Assembly: GCA_012735535.1 (NCBI GenBank)
Contig: JAAYHC010000068.1
Location: forward strand, 62,282-126,281
Length of the DNA: 64,000 nucleotides
Reading direction: 5' to 3'
DNA from: Bacillota bacterium
GTDB lineage: Bacteria; Bacillota; UBA5301
The number at the start of each line of letters is the position of its first letter. The first letter of the stretch is position 1. Shown piece after piece: positions 56,725 through 64,000 of the stretch. Under the pieces are notes generated by a model that saw only the letters and a list, made by a program, of their open reading frames with translations, was not told the origin of the DNA and made no database searches. Made by a program: the position numbers and the translations under genes.

Positions 56725-58842
56725 TTATTTGTCCTTAAAGGTCACAAAAACCTTTGTTCCCGCCGCAACCGCTTCTCCCGGAGCCGGTTTTTGCTCGACC
56801 GCGATGCCGGAACCGCTCGGAACAAGCGAGTATCCCGCACTTTCCAATACCGCTGCCGCCTCGGCCATCGTCAATCCAAGCACCCTCGGAACTTTCAGAA
56901 CGACATCCGCTTCATTCTCGCCAAGCGGAAGAGAATCTTTCGGATCCAACGGCGAGGTTTCGAGAATCACCGTGGTACCGGAAGCCACCGCCGCTGTTGG
57001 CTTTGGGATCTGGTCAATAACGATTGATCCTTCACCGGCGATCCGTACGGAGAGTCCGGCCTTTGTCAAAATTTTCGACGCTTCCTCTACGCTAAAGTTA
57101 CGTACATTTGGAACCCGGATTAGGTTGTTGGGAACTCCGACCGTCTCACGCTCCAACTTGGGCGGAACACCTAGGTACTCTAGAACATCGCGAACGATAG
57201 CTTGAAAGACCGGAGCAGCCAGGACACCGCCGTAAGTAATTGGTGTATCCGGTTCATACAAGGCGACTAAACCAACTATTTCCGGTTTGTCGAAAGGTGC
57301 AAAGCCGACAAATGAAGCTACTACTTTGGTACGGCTATATCCTCCTCCGACCGCGATCTGCGCCGTCCCGGTCTTGCCGGCAACACGGTAGCCGGGGATA
57401 TCCGCTTGACGCCCAGAACCATTGAGCACGACAGAGCGCAAAATTCGCCGCATCTGCGCAGCGGTTTCCTCGGAAATGACCCTTCTACCAGGCTCCGGAG
57501 TCAAATCTTGGACACCATCCGGACCAATCACTTTGCTCGCCAGATGTGGTTGAACCAAAATACCCCCATTGGCGATGGCCGAAACAGCGGTGACCAATTG
57601 CAGCGGAGTGACGCTAATGCCTTGACCAAAACCGATATTGGCCCACCCGACTTGCGCAATGGTACCGGGTTTATGCACCTGACCGGCGGCTTCACCGGGA
57701 AAATCCACCCCTGTCTTAGATCCAAAGCCAAAACCGGTAATATATTTGTAAAACCGTTCCTCGCCAATTTCCATTCCTAAAGTGGCGAAAACAGGGTTAC
57801 ACGAGTTTTCAACAGCCTCAACAAAGGTCTGGCTTCCATGGCCGCCGGCTTTCCAACAACGTAACCGGTGTTTGCCGACCACCAGATACCCAGGATCAAA
57901 AAAGCGCCGTTCGGGGGTTGTCACTCCCTCTTCCAGGGCGACTGCGGAAGTAATAATTTTAAAGGTAGATCCGGGCTCGTAAAGATCAGCAATGGCGGTA
58001 TTTCTCCGATTTGCTGCGGGATATTTTTGGTACTCATTCGGATCAAAGGTGGGATAGTTCGCCAAAGCCAGTATTTCCCCGGTTGTCGGCCGCATGATAA
58101 TGGCTACCCCTTTGGCCGAATTGGTTTCTTTAACCGCCCGCGCCAATTCACGCTCCGTGATATACTGAATCACTTGATCGATGGTCAGAACCAGATCCAT
58201 TCCGTCAACAGGCGGGATGTATTTTTTGATCCCACCGGGGATTTCGCGCCCGGCTGCATCGCGTTCAGCTTCCACCCTACCGGGCAGACCCCGTAAATAG
58301 CGATCATAGTAAAACTCCAGCCCTTCCAGCCCTTGATTATCGATCCCAGCTATACCAAGCACATGAGCCGCCAGCTCATGGTTGGGATAAAAGCGCTGCG
58401 GGTTTTCGACAATACCAATACCCGGCAGGTTTGCTTGCAAGATAGCCTGGGATTCTTCCGGACTAATACGTTTTTTGAGCCATTCACTGGCAGACTGCTT
58501 CGTCAACCGTTTATATACAAACTCATAGTCCAACCCGAGAATCTGGGCGACCTGCTTAGCCGTGGCTTCCGGATCCTCTATATCCGCCGGCACCGCATAG
58601 GCAGCATCTGCACTAACACTGACAGCTAACTCTTGCAGGTTACGATCGTAGATGGCGCCCCGCTTGGCATCGACCGGCAACGGACGCATACGCTGATTGA
58701 AGGCATACTCTTTTAGCCTTGGATTCTGGAAAACCTGGACTTGCACCATTCTGAAGCTCAAGAAAAATAAGAAAGCGACGGCCAGGAGTAAAACAATGGC
58801 GATCCGTCGCTTGATGACTAACTGGGTTACTCTGGGCATCAA
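56725..58842 (-). CDS. class B penicillin-binding protein (SpoVD/PBP2B type) with two C-terminal PASTA domains
   Basis: 705 aa with a dimerisation domain, a transpeptidase domain (STFK context) and two PASTA repeats. Confidence 0.9.
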   Translation of the reverse strand: MMPRVTQLVIKRRIAIVLLLAVAFLFFLSFRMVQVQVFQNPRLKEYAFNQRMRPLPVDAKRGAIYDRNLQELAVSVSADAAYAVPADIEDPEATAKQVAQILGLDYEFVYKRLTKQSASEWLKKRISPEESQAILQANLPGIGIVENPQRFYPNHELAAHVLGIAGIDNQGLEGLEFYYDRYLRGLPGRVEAERDAAGREIPGGIKKYIPPVDGMDLVLTIDQVIQYITERELARAVKETNSAKGVAIIMRPTTGEILALANYPTFDPNEYQKYPAANRRNTAIADLYEPGSTFKIITSAVALEEGVTTPERRFFDPGYLVVGKHRLRCWKAGGHGSQTFVEAVENSCNPVFATLGMEIGEERFYKYITGFGFGSKTGVDFPGEAAGQVHKPGTIAQVGWANIGFGQGISVTPLQLVTAVSAIANGGILVQPHLASKVIGPDGVQDLTPEPGRRVISEETAAQMRRILRSVVLNGSGRQADIPGYRVAGKTGTAQIAVGGGYSRTKVVASFVGFAPFDKPEIVGLVALYEPDTPITYGGVLAAPVFQAIVRDVLEYLGVPPKLERETVGVPNNLIRVPNVRNFSVEEASKILTKAGLSVRIAGEGSIVIDQIPKPTAAVASGTTVILETSPLDPKDSLPLGENEADVVLKVPRVLGLTMAEAAAVLESAGYSLVPSGSGIAVEQKPAPGEAVAAGTKVFVTFKDK

Positions 58843-59325
58843 CTATCTCCCCTCATATAGCCCCGCCGCCTTGACTACAGAAGTAAGCAAACCGCTAATA
58901 TATTCGGCAACCTGAGTGACAACCCTTTCAGCACCTGAGGCTGGAACGGCTAATTCCGGTGATGGGGCCACGGCCACATATTTGATTGTCGCCGGTTCGA
59001 CCATCCCAAGCTGAGCTCTGGCCACAGCCTCGATTCGCTCGAGCGATTTCAAACCCAGTATCTCCAGACTCAGACGGTCGCGTTGGATCATCGCTTTTTC
59101 GAGTTGCTTCTGAAGCTCGGCATATTGGTACGTATATGTCATGACCTGGTTTTTGACCGTAACATAGGCGAGTAACAGTAAAGCTAAGACCAACCCGGTG
59201 AAAAATATTTTCGTCATTGGACTAAATGTTCGTCTCCGACGACTTCTCGGTTTTTGGGCACCTTTAATTGTGACCCGCAGCGGAGCTGAAAACTGATGGT
59301 TCCTTATCGGTTGTGCTACAATCAT
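58843..59325 (-). CDS. ftsL: cell division protein FtsL
   Basis: Basic N-terminus, single TM, coiled coil. Position between rsmH and the PBP gene. Confidence 0.75.
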   Translation of the reverse strand: MIVAQPIRNHQFSAPLRVTIKGAQKPRSRRRRTFSPMTKIFFTGLVLALLLLAYVTVKNQVMTYTYQYAELQKQLEKAMIQRDRLSLEILGLKSLERIEAVARAQLGMVEPATIKYVAVAPSPELAVPASGAERVVTQVAEYISGLLTSVVKAAGLYEGR

Positions 59326-59336
59326 ATTCAGCCCTC

Positions 59337-60293
59337 CTATTCCACATGACCGGGAGTCTGACGAACTCTTTCCGCGACTCTGAGCTTTGCGCTACGCGCT
59401 CGCGGATTGACTGCCACTTCAGCGTGGCTAGGTATAATCGGTTTTTTAGTTACGATCTTTAACCTCACCTGGTGATCGCATTGGCACACCGGAAGCTCCG
59501 GCGGGCAAATACACGCGCTGGCTTCGCGTTTAAAATAGTTTTTGACGATTCGATCTTCCAGCGAATGAAAGCTGATAACGGCCACTCGCCCACCAGGTGC
59601 CAATATATCGACAGCTTGCTTTAATGCTTCGGACAACCGTTCGAGCTCACGATTGACCGCGATGCGCAGCGCCTGAAAAGTGCGCCGGGCAGGATGGGTG
59701 CCATCCTGGTTTTTAACCGGATAAGCACTCATGATTATCTCCACGAGATCGCCGGTTGTTAAGATCGGACGCACTTCGCGCTGCTCACAGATTTTCCGGG
59801 CAATTCGCCCTGCCCAACGCTCTTCGCCATAATCTCGCAATATCTGATAGAGCTCTGTCTCCGGCAGGGTATTGACCAAATCGGCAGCTGTTGTCGGTTG
59901 ACTCTCATCCATGCGCATATCCAGTGGAGCATCATGGCGGAAAGAAAAACCGCGCTCCGGATCATCCACTTGAAAAGAGGAAAAGCCTAAATCAAAGAGC
60001 ACCCCATCCACCTGCTGAAAGCCAAACCCGGCAACAATTGCCGCAAGTCGCTCGAAATTTGCATGAGCCAACAATAACCTGCCTTCAGTACGGTAGCGCT
60101 CCAATTTGGCAGCGGTCTGCTGCAATGTCGAACTGTCCTGATCAATCCCGATGACTTTGCCTGAAGGTGAACTATTCTCCAGTATTAACTGCGTATGGCC
60201 GCCACCACCGAGTGTACAGTCAACATACACCCCACCGTCGCGGGGCTTGAGTAATTCAACAGCTTCGTATAGCAGAACGGTTTGATGAACCAT
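59337..60293 (-). CDS. rsmH: 16S rRNA m4C1402 methyltransferase RsmH (MraW)
   Basis: 318 aa with an SAM-binding fold. Confidence 0.9.
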   Translation of the reverse strand: MVHQTVLLYEAVELLKPRDGGVYVDCTLGGGGHTQLILENSSPSGKVIGIDQDSSTLQQTAAKLERYRTEGRLLLAHANFERLAAIVAGFGFQQVDGVLFDLGFSSFQVDDPERGFSFRHDAPLDMRMDESQPTTAADLVNTLPETELYQILRDYGEERWAGRIARKICEQREVRPILTTGDLVEIIMSAYPVKNQDGTHPARRTFQALRIAVNRELERLSEALKQAVDILAPGGRVAVISFHSLEDRIVKNYFKREASACICPPELPVCQCDHQVRLKIVTKKPIIPSHAEVAVNPRARSAKLRVAERVRQTPGHVE

Positions 60294-60303
60294 CTACTGT
60301 CCC

Positions 60304-60735
60304 TCAAATGCCCAAATCCACAATCTGTTCGGCAATTTCATCGAAAGAATCGGCAGCTTCCGCTGAGTAGCTTTCCCATTCACTAGCGCTCCAAATCTCT
60401 ACCCGAGTAGAGACCCCGATGATCACGACATCCTTTTCGATCTTCGCATACTCCAACAGATTATTTGGTAAATTGATTCGTCCTTGCTTATCGACCTCAC
60501 ATTCGGTAGCACCGGAAAATAAAGTACGCACAAAAGCACGAACATCTTTTTTGGTCATGGGTAAGGTTTTGATCTTCTCTTCAAGAACCGACCACTCAGT
60601 GCGTGGGTAAACAAATAGGCAGCGGTCCAAGCCTCGCGTCACGACAAACTGCTCCCCAAGGTTCTCGCGAAACTTAGCCGGCATGATTAACCTGCCTTTG
60701 CTATCGATACTGTGGCGGAACTCACCCATGAACAT
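60304..60735 (-). CDS. mraZ: transcriptional regulator MraZ
   Basis: [16 protein letters not shown] from the ATG at 60735, with GGAGG 9 nt upstream. The track ORF is 12 codons longer. Confidence 0.9.
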   Translation of the reverse strand: MFMGEFRHSIDSKGRLIMPAKFRENLGEQFVVTRGLDRCLFVYPRTEWSVLEEKIKTLPMTKKDVRAFVRTLFSGATECEVDKQGRINLPNNLLEYAKIEKDVVIIGVSTRVEIWSASEWESYSAEAADSFDEIAEQIVDLGI

Positions 60736-60831
60736 GTTTGGAATCCTCCACTTTCCACCACTTTCACCCACTTTATACTACCTTATTCTCCCTTCCACCC
60801 CACTCTCCTCCTAGTCTGGCAAAAAATTGTA

Positions 60832-60863
60832 CAAAAAAAATCGAGCCAGCGCATGGCTCGATT
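60832..60863 (-). terminator. rho-independent terminator after the liv-like operon (potentially bidirectional)
   Basis: Hairpin aatcgagcc / ggctcgatt followed, on the minus strand, by a run of 8 T. Confidence 0.85.
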
Positions 60864-60895
60864 CGGGTTTTCCTGATTTGCAGTTGTAGTCTTAA

Positions 60896-61609
60896 CTAAC
60901 TTGAAACACCTAAATAAGCTTGACGGACTTGCGGATTGACCAATAGTTCTTCGCCGGTACCTTCCAGCACAATACGTCCGGTTTCCAGAACATAAGCTTG
61001 CTTGGCCAGCTTAAGCGCTGCATAAGCATTCTGTTCGACCAGCAAAATCGTCGTTCCGTCACGCTCGTTGATTTCTTTAAGAACCTCGAAGACCTCTTTG
61101 ACCAGTAACGGGGCCAAACCTAATGACGGTTCGTCCAGGGCCAAAAGTTTTGGGCGCCCCATCAAGGCACGACCGATCGCTAACATCTGCTGCTCGCCGC
61201 CTGAGAGGGTGCCACCTTTTTGGTTTTGGCGTTCCTTTAGTCTTGGGAAGAGGTCATAGACCTTCTCCAGGTCAGCCGCGATATCGGCCTTATCCTTACG
61301 AATATAGGCTCCAAGCATCAAATTTTCTCGGACAGTCAAGTTCGGGAAGATTCGCCGGCCTTCCGGGGTAAGCAGCACTCCTCTAGAAACAATCTCGTGG
61401 GTCGGCTTATTGGTGATGTCCTCACCCTCAAACTCAACCCGGCCCTCTTTAGCCTTAACCAATCCGACGATTGTTCTCAGCGTGGTGCTCTTGCCGGCCC
61501 CGTTAGCACCAACTAAACTGACGAAATCTCCTCTATCGACTTTGAGCGAGATGCCCTTTAGGGCATGGATACCGCCATAATAAACATGAAGGTTGTCAAC
61601 TTTAAGCAT
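60896..61609 (-). CDS. branched-chain amino acid ABC transporter ATP-binding protein (LivF-like)
   Basis: Walker A GANGAGKST, LSGGEQQ. The likely start is MLKVDNL at 61609; the track ORF extends to 61639. Confidence 0.85.
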   Translation of the reverse strand: MLKVDNLHVYYGGIHALKGISLKVDRGDFVSLVGANGAGKSTTLRTIVGLVKAKEGRVEFEGEDITNKPTHEIVSRGVLLTPEGRRIFPNLTVRENLMLGAYIRKDKADIAADLEKVYDLFPRLKERQNQKGGTLSGGEQQMLAIGRALMGRPKLLALDEPSLGLAPLLVKEVFEVLKEINERDGTTILLVEQNAYAALKLAKQAYVLETGRIVLEGTGEELLVNPQVRQAYLGVSS

Positions 61610-62393
61610 AATCCTCAGCCTCCCCCAAATACGCCTCAATCACTCTCGGGTTCTGCTGAATCTCAGCAGGAGTGCCATGGGCGATGGTTTGGCCATAGTC
61701 AAGAACGCGAATCTCTTCGCAAACCTTCATAACCAAGCTCATATCATGTTCGATTAAGAAGATCGTGAGGTTAAACCGATCCCTAATCTCGCGGATAAAA
61801 CTGGTGAGTTTGGCGGTCTCTTCAGGATTCATACCGGCAGCCGGCTCATCGAGCAAGAGCAAACGCGGTCCGGTAGCTAACGCCCGAGCAATCTCCAGGC
61901 GGCGTTGCTGTCCGTACGGCAATGCACCTGCTTTTTCATTGGCCAAATGGGCCAAATCAACCTGTTCTAATAACTCCATGCCCTTTGCCCGCAACAACGA
62001 ATCCTCTTTCCAATAACTAGGTAACCCCAAGAAAGCCGACCAAACACTAGACTTTAATCTGCAGTGGTAAGCCACTAGCACGTTTTCCAGAACGGTCATC
62101 GAGGTAAATAAACGGATGTTTTGGAAAGTACGTGCAATCCCGGCTTTGGTAACCGCGCTAGGATTCATCCCGGTAATATCGCGGCCGGCAAAGATGACAC
62201 TACCTTTTGTCGGCCGGTACTGTCCGGTAATGATGTTAAAGACAGTTGTTTTCCCAGCACCATTCGGACCAATCAGGCCCATCAACTGATTTTGCCGGAT
62301 CTGCAGAGAAAAGTCTTTTACCGCAACTAAGCCGCCAAAGGCCATGGTGACGTTTTGGACATCTAAGATTATTTGTTTGTCTGCTGCTGACAT
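61602..62393 (-). CDS. branched-chain amino acid ABC transporter ATP-binding protein (LivG-like)
   Basis: GPNGAGKTT, LPYGQQRRLEIARAL. Confidence 0.85.
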   Translation of the reverse strand: MSAADKQIILDVQNVTMAFGGLVAVKDFSLQIRQNQLMGLIGPNGAGKTTVFNIITGQYRPTKGSVIFAGRDITGMNPSAVTKAGIARTFQNIRLFTSMTVLENVLVAYHCRLKSSVWSAFLGLPSYWKEDSLLRAKGMELLEQVDLAHLANEKAGALPYGQQRRLEIARALATGPRLLLLDEPAAGMNPEETAKLTSFIREIRDRFNLTIFLIEHDMSLVMKVCEEIRVLDYGQTIAHGTPAEIQQNPRVIEAYLGEAEDYA

Positions 62394-63442
62394 TGGGGCA
62401 CCTCTTTTCTACGCAACTTAGACAAGAGCCATTCCCAAGAAAACTCCCAGGAACCGAAGAGACCTCTGCGGTAAAACAGCATCATTAAGATTAACAGTAT
62501 TGAAAAGACGACCATCCGCATCCCCGGAATCCCTGGCCACTGAATAAACCCGAGATTCAGCGGAGATTCCACGGTCCGCAAGACTTCTTGCAAAACCGAG
62601 AAGAGCACTGCGGTAACTGCTGCACCGGTGATGCTGCCTAATCCGCCTAATACCACGATGATCAGCAGGTTAAAGGTCATGGTAAACATAAACAAAGTCG
62701 GCGAAATCGTACTAATCAACATAACCATAAGAGCACCGGAAATACCGCCAAAGAAGCCGCTAGTTACAAAGGCGAGCATCTTAATCCGGGTAACGTTAAT
62801 ACCCATGGCCTCGGCCGCGACTTCATTATCACGCACCGCCCGCATCGCCCGGCCGTAACTCGAGTTCACAATGTTCTTGATGAGGAAAATCGTCGCAGCT
62901 GCCATGCCCCAGCTCCACCAGAGATTAGTCAGCTCGGGCAATCCTTTAATCCCCAAGGCCCCATTGGTTAGGAACAACATATTGTTGGCCAAAACGAAGA
63001 TAATCTCGCCAAAACCAAAGGTAGCAATGGCTAAGTAGTCACCTTTGAGGCGGAGGCAAGGCCAGCCAATGAGGAAGGCGCCGATCGCGGCGACAATACC
63101 GGAGATGATCAGGCCAACCAAATATAAGCTGGGCGGTAATGAAAACTCGCTGAAAGGCCAGATCAACGGCTCTAAGAAAAACACCATTTGTTTCTGCATT
63201 ACCGGCAGCATCAACAGAGCAATCGTATAGCCGCCGAGCGCCATAAAGCCGTTAGGACCTAAAGAAAGCGCACCGACAGTTCCGTTGATCAAGTTATAAC
63301 TGACTGCAGCAACTATATATATAGCCGCCGTATTAGCAATACGAGTATAGTAGGCATTGAGATTGCCGTCAGCCCACCAGATGATGGCCACTAGCAAAAC
63401 TATACTGGCAATACTTAGCAGCAAATGTGTTCTCTGTTTCAT
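62369..63442 (-). CDS. branched-chain amino acid ABC transporter permease (LivM-like)
   Basis: 357 aa, polytopic. Confidence 0.8.
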   Translation of the reverse strand: MKQRTHLLLSIASIVLLVAIIWWADGNLNAYYTRIANTAAIYIVAAVSYNLINGTVGALSLGPNGFMALGGYTIALLMLPVMQKQMVFFLEPLIWPFSEFSLPPSLYLVGLIISGIVAAIGAFLIGWPCLRLKGDYLAIATFGFGEIIFVLANNMLFLTNGALGIKGLPELTNLWWSWGMAAATIFLIKNIVNSSYGRAMRAVRDNEVAAEAMGINVTRIKMLAFVTSGFFGGISGALMVMLISTISPTLFMFTMTFNLLIIVVLGGLGSITGAAVTAVLFSVLQEVLRTVESPLNLGFIQWPGIPGMRMVVFSILLILMMLFYRRGLFGSWEFSWEWLLSKLRRKEVPQCQQQTNK

Positions 63443-63444
63443 CT

Positions 63445-64000
63445 TTACACCTTCTCCTTTAACGGTTCTCCCATCAATCCAGTGGGTTTAACCAGCAAGA
63501 AGATGATGAGAATTGCAAATACGAATGCATCACGAAAACCGGATAATGTCGGGAAGAAGGCAACTGTCATAATTTCAACCACACCAATAATCAGACCGCC
63601 GATCATCGCTCCGGTGATATTGCCGATTCCACCGACCACCGCTGCGGTAAAGGCCTTCCACCCCGGGTACATTCCCATCAAAGGTTGAATCTGCGGGTAC
63701 TTCGAAGCCCACATCATTCCACCGGCTGCGGCCAGGCCGGAACCAATAGCAAACGTATACATAATTACCCTGTCAACATTAACCCCCATCAGCCTTGTAG
63801 CCTCAATGTCCTTGGCCACAGCCCGCATTGCCATGCCAATCTTCGTGCGATAAATGATGTACAACAGACCGGCCAATAAGCAAATGGTCAGGATGGGAAC
63901 CCAGATACTCACACCAGAAATCCGGAACCCATAAATATCGAAGTTAGTTGCCATCATGGCCGGGACGGGGAACCCTTTCGGTCTTGCTCCCAAAGTAACA
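63445..64000 (-). CDS. branched-chain amino acid ABC transporter permease (LivH-like), truncated at the window end
   Basis: Polytopic. The frame stays open through position 64000. Confidence 0.75.
   Translation of the reverse strand, partial: VTLGARPKGFPVPAMMATNFDIYGFRISGVSIWVPILTICLLAGLLYIIYRTKIGMAMRAVAKDIEATRLMGVNVDRVIMYTFAIGSGLAAAGGMMWASKYPQIQPLMGMYPGWKAFTAAVVGGIGNITGAMIGGLIIGVVEIMTVAFFPTLSGFRDAFVFAILIIFLLVKPTGLMGEPLKEKV

Noticed and set aside
1-64000. CRISPR arrays, tRNA/rRNA genes, integrases, transposases, prophage structural genes
   Set aside because: No repeat-spacer periodicity and no tRNA-like T-arm or anticodon-stem consensus were seen. No product resembles a recombinase or phage structural protein. 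The window is continuous chromosomal core and near-core DNA.

Overview
This 64-kb window reads as a chromosomal segment of an endospore-forming Firmicute (Clostridia, Peptococcaceae-like), almost all of it coded on the minus strand. I found no rRNA or tRNA genes, CRISPR arrays, integrases or transposases.

- Positions 1-12.4 kb: a housekeeping block in Bacillus ylo-region order: rsmB (5' part only), zinc metallopeptidase, DUF116, fmt, def, priA, coaBC, rpoZ, gmk, remA, an actinobacterial-type IHF-like gene, yicC, and a YloB-type calcium P-type ATPase.
- Positions 12.4-30.8 kb: a less conserved stretch.
  - An AMP-binding acyl-CoA ligase preceded by what looks like a T-box leader (T-box sequence plus terminator).
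  - A TrpP-like small membrane transporter.
  - A three-gene operon of unknown function: a minimal SNF2 ATPase, a multi-zinc-ribbon protein, and a coiled-coil membrane protein.
  - A btuFCD/fecBCD-like ABC importer on the plus strand, murC, and spoIIP with a sigma-E-type promoter.
  - An orphan, divergent ATP-sulfurylase-like gene.
  - An oxalate/formate-antiporter-family MFS transporter divergent from a LytS-like histidine kinase / LytTR regulator pair (resembles E. coli YpdAB-YhjX), and a NUDIX hydrolase.
- Positions 30.8-42 kb: UPF0182 membrane protein, glyQS, a rodZ-like gene, an ACT plus P-loop protein, ftsK, pgeF, nrdR, ylmC/ymxH, spoIIR, and sigG with a forespore-type promoter.
- Positions 42-61 kb: an L,D-transpeptidase, then spoIIGA-sigE, ftsZ, ftsA, ftsQ, murA, murB, murG, ftsW/spoVE, mraY, murF, murE, a class B PBP, ftsL, rsmH, mraZ. 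This cell-division/cell-wall cluster conspicuously lacks murD.
- Positions 60.9-64 kb: a livFGMH-like ABC operon, truncated at the window end.

I also mapped several rho-independent terminators. The candidates most worth follow-up are the SNF2 / zinc-ribbon / coiled-coil trio, the T-box upstream of an acyl-CoA-ligase-type gene, and the divergent Sat-like protein. Coordinates come from the supplied ORF track. Where an alternative start is noted, it was read directly from the sequence.
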